DNA from: Macrostomum lignano | Lineage: Eukaryota | Length of the DNA stretch: 64,000 bases | Reading direction: 5' to 3' | Assembly (NCBI GenBank): GCA_002269645.1 | Contig: NIVC01000176.1 | Coordinates: 62,001 to 126,000, forward strand | Shown: piece by piece, positions 43,101 through 52,518 of the stretch | Layout of the letters: every line of letters begins with the position of its first letter | How positions within the stretch are numbered: the first letter of the stretch is position 1 | Position numbers and translations under genes: made by a program | The notes under the pieces: generated by a model | Databases searched by the model: none | Told to the model about the DNA's origin: nothing | Seen by the model: only the letters and a program-made list of their open reading frames with translations

Positions 43101-46100
43101 ATATAAAACAGCCGCCAAACAATTGAATTGTTGCCGAGAGGATCACTGCCCCCGAAAACCATAGACAAAAGGGTACAATAACGACAGACAGATTCTTCAA
43201 TTGCTTTACTAAGCTTCAGCCGCTTTAGCTTACGCAATTGCTGCCGAAAAGAATCTGTATATATCGTTACATTGCAGGCGTTAGGATACCAAGGCTCACA
43301 GGGGAAGTTAAAAAAATTCTGTGGCTCAATTCTCATTGGGAATTGCTGAAAATTTTAATTGTTGACTCCTGTTAAGATGAAGGCTTACGAGGAAAAAATG
43401 CTGAAATGCTGTGGCTCAGATGCTTTAAGCCAAATAGACCCCGCATGCACAGTCACAGTTAAAGCAGGGCGCGTCAGATGGCGCGCCGCAGAGCCTGGGA
43501 GCGAACAAAGTCCGCTCCGTTGGCAGTGTCGAGCGCCCCAGCGTCGCACAGCAGGCAGTCCACGTATCGGCGGGTTCGGGCCTGACCCCGCCTGAACGGG
43601 CCCTGCAAGGTGAGCAGCAGGACGTCCTGAACAGGTTGGGGGCAGTAGCCCTCGGCCCGGCCGGATCACGTGGCCCGCTAGTTGTAGTCGTCGCCCGCGC
43701 AGGATGGTGGACGGGCGCTGCAGCTTGGCCCGATCGAACAGTGCCTCGGTCCCGGCGCTCTCGTCAGCTCGAAAGGCCGCACGGAGCAGCCCCGAGTGCG
43801 CCGAGTCCAGCTGCCGCTCTAGCGTAGCCGTCAGCGTAGCAATCCGAAGCGCTGCCCGACCGCCAGAGGGCTCGGCTGTGGCAGGCGGTGGTCGAAACCG
43901 TCCTGCTCTACAACGCCGAGACGTGGACGTTGACGACTTATAAAAACTTGCGAAAACATGTCAGTCAGTTTTGTGATGGTTAAGCCGCAAAAAGCCCCGA
44001 AACTAATAAAGCTTTGTTGATAAGACAAATTGCAAGCAAACGATAAATTAATATTGATCACTATATGATTACTGATATTATATTGTCACTAAATAATACG
44101 AAGGAAAGAGACATTTTAAATGATTGTTTTATAAAAAGGACGGAATGTACTCCTATTTGTTTGTTTTTAAAGGAGTTCCTTGTATCCATCTTATCCTTGT
44201 TTGAGCAGTTAAGAGTTTTATAATACCATGGCATGCGTCAACCTGATTCCTCCAGGTACTGCAATTTGTTCAATAGGGGTGGCCGGCTGGAAGAGCTTAA
44301 ATCAGAAAGGCTCCAATTAATTACTGCTTTTCTGATATCTATCAGTAATTAGCACCTTTGCTGATGGCTTGAAAATGGGAATTTTCACTTCTATTTATAT
44401 ACCATGTAAACATTTTACCGAGAGAATTTAAAAAAACATTTTTTCCAGGTGCTGGCGAGTCTGGCAAGAGCACCATTATTAAACAAATGAAGTGAGTTCG
44501 CGGTTTTGCTATTTGTTGGTCGGCTTTCTTGCTCGAACAAAACTTCAGATCATTGTGCACTTTGAATAATTGGGACCCAAGGTGGGACTGAGTAGGACGG
44601 CAAACTTTGCTTCTTAAAATCTTAGAAAAGAAGTCTTTAATGGTCTTTAAATTTCTTCAATAATCTTCTTCATTTCTAAGAAAAATGCATTTATGTAAAA
44701 AATTTACCTCAGTTGACCAAGTATTTTGCTATTTCGTTCCTTCTTTACTTTAGCCAGCTTTTGTTGACAGTCCATTGCTGCATGCCCTAAAAAGTTGCAT
44801 GTGTACTGTAACAAAAATGGTTAAGCAGTCAAAAAGTAAACACCATCCAAAAATCGAGTCAGCCATCCAAAAAGCCAGTTTTTAAGATATTCTAGGAAAC
44901 AAATTTTCTCTTCTAAACTTAATTCGTCTTCAAAAGAAAATTATAAGATGAGTTTATGATATTTAAAAAATAATTACCAACTGCCGGAATGCCAGAATTA
45001 TTCACGAGGGCGGCTTCACGGCCGAGGACAACCGGCTGTTTCGCCCGATCGTCTACAGCAACACCATCCAGTCCCTGGTGGCCATCCTGCGCGCTATGAG
45101 CACCCTGGCTATAGACTACTCTGACCAGGATAGGCTGGTGAGTGCGCTGTCGCGTGCTCTGGGTGTTTGCTGCGGTCTCTGTTGAGGTACTGCCGCTTTC
45201 CCAGATCCCCAGTTGCTAGGCCAGCCTCCCAGATCCCCAGTTGCTGTGCCGCCCTCCCAGATCCTCAGTTGCTAGGCCAGCCTCCCAGATCCCCAGTTGC
45301 TGTGCCGCCCTCCCAGATCCCCAGTTGCTAGGCCAGCCTCCCAGATCCTCAGTTGCTGGGCCAGCCTCCCAGATCCCCAGTTGCTAGGCCAGCCTCCCAG
45401 ATCCTCAGTTGCTAGGCCAGTCTCCCAGATCCCCAGTTGCTGGGCCAGCCTCCCAGATCCCCAGTTTCTAGGCCAGCCTCCCAGATCCTCAGTTGCTAGG
45501 CCAGCCTCCCAGATCCTCAGTTGCTTGGCCAGCCTCCCAGATCCCCAGTTGCTGGGCCAGCCTCCCAGATCCCCAGTTGCTAGGCCAGCCTCCCAGATCC
45601 CCAGTTGCTAGGCCAGCCTCCCAGATCCCCAGTTGCTAGGCCAGCCTCCCAGATCCTCAGTTGCTAGGCCAGCCTCCAGATCCTCAGTTGCTAGGCCAGC
45701 CTCCCAGATCCCCAGTTGCTAGGCCAGCCTCCCAGATCCTCAGTTGCTAGGCCAGCCTCCCAGATCCCCAGTTTCTAGGCCAGCCTCCCAGATCCCCAGT
45801 TGCTTAACCAGCCTCCCAGATCCTCAGCTGCTGGGCCAGCCTCCCAGATCCCCAGTTGCTGGGCCAGCCTCCCCAGATCCTCAGCTGCTGGGCCAGCCTC
45901 CCAGGATCCCCAGTTGTTGGGCCAGCCTTCCAGATCCTCAGTTGCTGGGCCACCCTCCCAGAGTGTCAGTTGCTGGCCCAGCCTCCCATATCCTAAGCTG
46001 CTTTGCCAGCCTCGTAGATTCCCAGTTGCTACTTATATGCCTATATTATTCCTCAATCCTCACGCTTCCAGCTCACATTAAAATGTTAGCAGTCCAACGA

Positions 46101-49100
46101 ACTGGCAGTTTTTCTTTCAGCGGCAGAATTCGCGATAATAACTCTTGATAAGATTCGTGTGTATTTGCTGAATATTATTTGCCTCCTGCGACTGGCTACC
46201 TTATCTTTCATAAATCTTTTTGGTTTTTGAGTTTCTTTAATTTGATATTTATGGGTTTTAACCTATGCTTTGGTATTTAAACACTTTGCTGACTAGCCAG
46301 ATTAACTACTTATTAGAAGGTTCCAGGGCGCATTTACAATCAAATCAAATTTGATGAACTGACACCCAATATGACGCTAATCCTGATAACCGATATAGTG
46401 CCAATCCTGACACCCAATATGGTGCCAATCCTTACACCCAATATGGCGCCAATCCTGACACCCAATATGGCGCCAATCCTGACACTCAATATGGCGCCAA
46501 TCCTGACACCCAATATGGCGCCAATCCTTACACCCAATATGGCGCCAATCCTGACACTCAATATGGCGCCAATCCTGACACCCAATATGGCGCCAATCCT
46601 GACACTCAATATGGCGCCACTCCTGACACGCAATATGGCGCCAATCCCCACCCAATATGGCGCCAATCCTGACACGCAATATGGCGCCAATTCCGACACC
46701 CAATATGGCGCGCCAATTCTGACACCCAATATGGCGCCAATCCCGACACCCAATATGGCGCCAATCCCGACATCCAATATGGCGCCAATCCCGACACCCA
46801 ATATGGCGCCAATCCCGACACCCAATATGGCGCCAATCCCGACACCCAATATGGCGCCAATCCCGACACCCAATATGGCGCTAATCTTGACACCCAATAT
46901 GGCGCCAATCCCGACACCCAATATGGCGCCAATCCTGACACCCAATATGGCACAATCCTTACACCCAATATGGTGCCAATCCTGACACCCAATATGGCGC
47001 TAATCCTTACACCCAATATGGCACAATCCTTACACCCAATATGGCACAATCCTGACACCCAATATGGCACTAATCTTGACACCCAATATGGAGCCAATCC
47101 TTGCACCAAATATGGCGCCTATAAGTCTACCTTAAAATAGGAGCAAATTTTAGCCCTAGGACTGAACCTTCGTTGCCGTGCCCTCTCCCTCTCCCTAGGC
47201 TGATGCTCAGATCGTCTTTGACGTAATTGGCCGTATGGCGGACGCCCAGCCGTTCAGCCCGCAGCTCCTGGTGGCTATGAAACGCCTCTGGGCCGACGGC
47301 GGTGTTCAAAGCTGCTTCCAACGGTCCAACGAGTACCAGTTAAACGATTCGGCCAAGTATTTTTTAGACGACCTTGACCGAATTGGCAGTCCCAGTTTTG
47401 CGCCCAATGAACAAGACATACTGCGGACTAGAGTGAAAACCACAGGCATTGTGGAGATTCATTTTACGTTTAAAAATGTCAACTTCAAGTGAGTGAACGC
47501 GACTGCTCAGGATTGACGAATGCTTTTATGGAAACCGCCTGTCCATAGATTACTGTCCGGTCTGAACCACAGATACTACGAGTGGAGTAATCAGATATGT
47601 CACTTGCTATTAAAGTCGTGAAAAAGTAGAGCGTCTACTCTGTTTCAGTAGTTTGTCTGCGCAGTGTCACTTAATTTCAATGTGGCACTAAAATTTCCCT
47701 TCCTCGGGGCTTGCGGCCTCAGGAGCATATTGGGGTTAAGAAATTAACACCAAGCATTTAACTCGATGTACGCAAGTGAACACAAGACGGACAAGACTCA
47801 TAGTAGGGGACAGGCCTAATCTGGCTCAGCCAATGAGAGAGCAGTAAGGAGAGAGGTCAAAGTCAGACAGACGAAACTCAGCCTAGGGGCAGGCCCAATC
47901 TAGCTCAGCCAATGAGAGAGCAGTAAGGAGAGAGGTCAAAGTCAGACAGACGAAACTCAGCCTAGGGGGCAGGCCCAATCTAGCTCAGCCAATGAGAGAG
48001 CAGTAAGGAGAGAGTTCAAAGTCAGACAGACGAAACTCAGCCTAGGGGGCAGGCCCAATCTAGCTCAGCCAATGAGAGAGCAGTAAGGAGAGAAGTCAAA
48101 GTCAGACAGACGAAACTCAGCCTAGGGGGCAGGCCCAATCTAGCTCAGCCAATGAGAGAGCAGTAAGGAGAGAGGTCAAAGTCAGACAGACGAAACTCAG
48201 ACTAGGGGACAGGCCCAATCTAGCTCAGCCAATGAGAGAGCAGTAGGGGGGCCGTAGCCCAGCGGTAGCGCAGCTGCTCTGGTGTGCCTGCGACCCAGGC
48301 TCGATTCCAAGTGCAGTCACATTAATTTGGGGCTGAATTGGAATCACGGCTTGGCTCTGCTCGTGCAATTAACGGCCTTGAGAGCCAACCCCCCAAGGCG
48401 CAGTGAAGTGTACATGCCTAACGATAATATAAAGTTAGGGCCGCTGTACACTCCTGTGTGAGTGTGTGCCTGCGTACGTATCCGCGCGCTTGTATGCCTG
48501 CTCAGGGGAGTCGGCAGAATGGGCAGTAATGCCTCTCGCCGGTTGTGTGCCTATGTCGCTTAAAGTGCGCCAGGGTGCACACAACCCCCCTGCCTCTAAA
48601 AAAAAAAAAAAAAAAATGAGAGAGCAGTAAGGAGAGAGGTTAAAGTTATACACAGGCGGGCCAGTGGAAAGCCAAAAACTGTTTATCGGCCTGGCTGGGG
48701 GCTGAAGCTTCCGTCTCAAATTATTTTCTTTTTCTAAAGTCCGTAAAACAGGCTAACAATGCTGTATATAGAAAAAGGCAATTTTCGCGACTTGAAAACT
48801 TTAATTTTAGTATTTTTTTTTCATTTTAGTATTATAAACGCAAAAAACGCTAATCTTGCTACTGAAAACAGTAAATCGGCGCATTTTTCGACTTAAAAAT
48901 AAGACTATGTATTCTACTAAAAACATTTTTTGCTGACGAGAGTAAAAAATCTTAGCAAATAGGAAACAAATAAACCTGACATGTCGACCGGAAGCCAGTG
49001 GGAAGGCAACAAGGCATACAATTTATCTGAACCCATGCAGGTATATTTTAAGATACAAATTATTTTAGCCTCATCGAATGATCTAACTCTGGACCTTATA

Positions 49101-50088
49101 GACCATTTTTTCGAGTCTATACTATAAGCTTGTTACGTAATTTACAAATTGATGCTTTTTACTACTAATGTTTTACGGAACTAGTAGTTTAGTCGCATAT
49201 GTTTTTACTCTGTTGAATTTTTTTAAAATTCCAGACTTTTCGACGTTGGCGGTCAGCGTTCGGAGCGCAAAAAGTGGATGCACTGCTTCGAGGAAGTCAC
49301 CGCCATCATTTTCTGCGTGGCCATGAGCGAGTACGACCAGCTGCTGCACGAGGACGAATCCACCGTGAGTGCATCCGGGTCGGGCACTTACTACAGTAGC
49401 CAACACTCTGCAAATTTCTATATTAACCTTCCCCTACCTAAAATTACTTTGGCAGAATCGTATGCAAGAGTCGCTGAAACTTTTCGACAGCATCTGCAAC
49501 AACAAGTGGTTCGTACGAACCTCCATCATTCTATTTCTAAACAAGAAGGACCTATTTGCAGCTAAAATTGTTCGCTCTCCGATTAATATCTGCTTCCCCG
49601 AGTATACTGGTGGGTCTTTGTGTCATTAATATTCCTGTTTTTCGATACATATCGGCTAATGCAGTTTTCCTATTTAGATACATATCGGCAAGAACAAACT
49701 AGCTTTTTTATTTATCGATACATATCGGCAAGAACCGAATGTAGCTTTTTTATTTTATCGATACATATCGGCAAGAAAAAACTAGCTTTTTTATTTTATC
49801 GATACATATCGGCAAGAACAAACTAGCTTTTTTTATCGATACATATCGGCAGGAACAGGCTGTAGTTTTTTATATTATCGATACATATCGGCTATTGCAG
49901 GCAATCAAGAGTACAACGAGGCTGCCGCCTATATCCAGGCCCAGTTTGACGCCAAGAACAAATCCATTAACAAGGAAGTGTATTGCCACCAGACCTGCGC
50001 CACTGACACAGGCAACATTGAGTTCGTGTTCGACTCGGTCACAGATGTGGTCATTGCCAATAACTTGCGCCGCTGCGGTCTCTACTAA
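35119..50088 (+). CDS. GNAO1: Heterotrimeric G protein alpha-o subunit, 354 aa
   Basis: Exons 35119-35236 (118), 44449-44491 (43), 44996-45137 (142), 47199-47488 (290), 49235-49364 (130), 49456-49609 (154), 49901-50088 (188); total 1065 nt. MGCTLS N-terminus, [30 protein letters not shown]-terminus NNLRRCGLY*. Confidence 0.98.
35865..37901. mobile_element. Foldback-type element with modular inverted arms built from 49-bp subrepeats
   Basis: Left end AGGGTCGTTTCACAAACCCTAATTTTCACAACGTCG matches the reverse complement of the right end (CGACGTTGTGAAATTTAGGGCTTGTGAAAGCGACCCT). About 9 49-bp units at 36160-36605 and 2 inverted units at ~37640-37760. No TSD recognised. Confidence 0.8.
37091..37157. 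repeat. (AG)n microsatellite
   Basis: Pure dinucleotide run. Confidence 0.98.
39318..39690. repeat. 23 bp minisatellite (gtagcatctcagcaatgaggaat)
   Basis: About 15 near-identical copies. Confidence 0.96.
40657..42305. mobile_element. Palindromic non-autonomous Tc1-like element (TA TSD, ~250-bp arms including the transposase start)
   Basis: TA|CACTCAGCAACATTTAAAACGCAACACTC ... GAGTGTTGCGTTTTGAATGTTGCTGAGTG|TA. Left arm 40657-40909; right arm split into 41038-41128 and ~42144-42305. Minus strand encodes [49 protein letters not shown] (Tc1 HTH). Confidence 0.85.
41129..42143 (-). mobile_element. Crypton-like (tyrosine-recombinase/DUF3504-associated) element fragment with a ~196-aa truncated ORF at 41927-41337
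   Basis: ORF contains [30 protein letters not shown]...[12 protein letters not shown], resembling the region preceding DUF3504 in Crypton/ZMYM/KCTD1/QRICH1-type proteins; no catalytic C-terminal part. Flanked by repeated CGTGCAGGAATGA motifs and interrupts the Tc1 right arm. Confidence 0.65.
43448..43937. mobile_element. 5'-truncated, 5'-inverted RTE-like insertion
   Basis: Minus 43837-43474: [22 protein letters not shown]...[14 protein letters not shown]...stop. Plus 43840-43935: [32 protein letters not shown], i.e. the immediately upstream part of the same ORF, inverted. Confidence 0.82.
45198..46030. repeat. 28 bp minisatellite in G-alpha-o intron 3 (reverse complement of the ORP intron family)
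   Basis: Unit cccagatccccagttgctaggccagcct is the reverse complement of the array at 24858-25700. Confidence 0.95.
46362..47118. repeat. 24 bp minisatellite (cacccaatatggcgccaatcctga) in G-alpha-o intron 3
   Basis: About 31 copies; source of the [11 protein letters not shown]. Confidence 0.96.
47805..48245. repeat. ~80 bp tandem repeat (about 5.5 copies) in G-alpha-o intron 4
   Basis: caggcccaatctagctcagccaatgagagagcagtaagg... recurs at 47811, 47890, 47970, 48050, 48130 and 48210. Confidence 0.95.
48246..48614 (+). mobile_element. tRNA-derived poly(A)-tailed SINE with 15-bp TSD
   Basis: A-box-like TAGCCCAGCGG, B-box-like GGCTCGATTCC, poly(A) at ~48598-48614; AATGAGAGAGCAGTA duplicated at 48231-48245 and 48615-48629. 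Confidence 0.9.
49640..49892. repeat. ~40-45 bp degenerate tandem repeat with CGATACATATCG core filling the last G-alpha-o intron
   Basis: ATCGATACATATCGGC recurs about 7 times; a further copy lies at ~50478. Confidence 0.88.
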
Positions 50089-50593
50089 TGGCGCCAATCA
50101 CTCTTATTATATTCCTACTACTTTAAGTAGCTTGCCAGTTGCTTACTGTATAATATAATGTTGTCCAATTGTCTCAATTATATGGATAGCTTTTATCGTT
50201 GAGATTTTTTATTAAAATAAAAAAGGTTTATGCTGAACTATCTAGTCATATATTGAAATTTTCATTCTGATCTGAGCATGTACTCGTAGATTGTTGTTTT
50301 ACTAATAAGCCTGAAATTTTTATTTTTTATCTGTGCCAGCTTCTGTATTTTGCCCAAGCATTCGATTGTTTCTCTACTATAGTATTTTGCTTTGTTATCT
50401 TTTTCCCTTGTTTTTTGTAATCTCGACATTGTGGACCGCTCCAATCTGTGCGAACATTCCCCGTCCGTAAAGTTATTATCGATACATATCGGTTCGTGTT
50501 GTTTCTTTACAGAGTCTTGCTCTACTAGTCAGTAAGTATTTAAGATTGCGTTTTCATGATCGTAAAAATACTGATTGGTGCACCGCGCCGAGC

Positions 50594-50916
50594 CTGAGGT
50601 CGGCAAACTTTTTTACCTCAAGTGGCCAGAAACAGAACGCAACTTATGGCTGCGGGCCAGATGAGAGAGGAGAGGGGAGACGTGAGATGAGATAAGAAAA
50701 GATCTAAGAGGGGAGCAGATGAGGCAGAGGAAAAGGGAGAGGAGGGATGGGAGAGAAGAGGGGAGAGGAGAGGAGAGAGAGGAGGGAGAGAAGAGGGGAG
50801 AGGAGAGGAGAGGAGGGAGAGAAGAGGGGAGAGGAGAGGAGAGGAGAGAGAAGAGGGAGAGAAGAGAAAGAGGGTATGAGAGGGGAGAGTTTGCCGGCCG
50901 GAGTTTGCCAACCCTA
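50594..50916. mobile_element. hAT-type MITE with GA-rich interior (same family as the tetraspanin intronic MITEs)
   Basis: Ends CTGAGGTCGGCAAACT ... GGAGTTTGCCAACCCTA; subterminal sequence homologous to 7165-8268 in reverse. Confidence 0.7.
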
Positions 50917-51195
50917 TGCACTAAGCATACTACTTGAATTAAATGTTCCAAAACAGAGCTTGAGTTGAAGATTTTAACAAAAATGTCATTTATTCAGTTT
51001 ACTGTGTTTTCCACTTGTGCAATTTTGTAATTCTTGTGCCGATCTGTTTCTTGGTCCAAATATAAGTCAGTAGAGTGTTAACTCTGATTAATTCCATGAT
51101 TTTGTTCAACTTGACCATCTTATTTTCAAGTTATTGACAATTAAATCGGAATTTTTGCTCCTTAAACCAAGTCAAACCTTCGCATATCGTTAATC

Positions 51196-52345
51196 AATCC
51201 CTAAACTTCCCCAATCCTTAAACTTCCCCAATCCCATAAACTTCCCCAATGTCTAAACTTCCCCAATCCCATAAACTTCCCCAATCCCATAAACTTCCCC
51301 AATCCCATAAACTTCTCCAATGTCTAAACTTCCCCAATCCCATAAACTTCCCCAATCCCATAAACTTCCCCAATCCCATAAACTTCCCCAATCCCATAAA
51401 CTTCTCCAATGTCTAAACTTCCCCAATCCCATAAACTTCCCCAATCCCATAAACTTCCCCAATCCATAAACTCCCCCAATCTCTAAACTTCCCCAATCCA
51501 TAAACTCCCCCAATCTCTAAACTTCCCCAATCCCATAAACTTCCCCAATCCCATAAACTTCCCTAATCCATAAAGTTCCCCAATCCCATAAACTTCCCCA
51601 ATCTGTTAACTTCCCCAACCCCCTAAACTTCCCCAACCCCCTAAACTTCCCCATCCCCCTAAACTTCCCCAATCACTAAACTTTCCCAATCCCATAAACT
51701 TCCCCAATCCCATAAACTTCCCCAATGTCTTAACTTCCCCAATCCCATAAACTTCCCCAATCCCATAAACTTCCCCAATCCCATAAACTTCCCCAATCCC
51801 ATAAACTTCCCCAATCCCATAAACTTCCCCAATCCCATAAACTTCCCCAATCCCATACACTTCCCCAATCCCATAAACTTCCCCAATCCCATAAACTTCC
51901 CCAATCCCATAAACTTCCCCAATCCCATAAACTTCCCCAATCCCATAAACTTCCCCAATCCCATAAACTTCCCCAATCCCATAAACTTCCCCAATCCCAT
52001 AAACTTCCCCAATCTCTAAACTTCCCCAATCCCATAAACTTTCCCAATCCCATAAACTTCCCCAATCCCATACACTTCCCCAATGTCTAAACTTCCCCAA
52101 TCCCATAAACTTCCCCAATCCCATAAACTTCCCCAATCCCATAAACTTCCCCAATCCCATAAACTTCCCCAATCCCATAAACTTCCCCAATCCATAAACT
52201 CCCCCAATCTCTAAACTTCCCCAATCCCATAAACACCCCCAATCCCATAAACTCCCCCATCTCTAAACTTCCCCAATCCCATAAACTTTCCCAACCCCCT
52301 AAACTTCCTCATACCCCTAAACTTCCCCATCCCAAAAATTCCCAA
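51196..52345. repeat. 18 bp minisatellite (cccataaacttccccaat) between G-alpha-o and PTGR3
   Basis: About 60 copies. Confidence 0.97.
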
Positions 52346-52518
52346 TACATGAAATTCCTTAATCCATAAACTTCCAAAATATCTATATTTCGTAATCCAT
52401 AAAATTACCGATTTTTAAAACTTCCAAATTGTGAACACTCCAAATCCAAACTCCAAATCGAAACATAATCAAGCATTTATTATAAAACTCAATTATCTTT
52501 GAAGACGCCAGATCGGCC

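Noticed and set aside
48246-48320. Possible tRNA gene
   Set aside because: Has A/B boxes but no proper acceptor stem or cloverleaf, and is followed by a body, poly(A) and TSD, so it is a SINE head.
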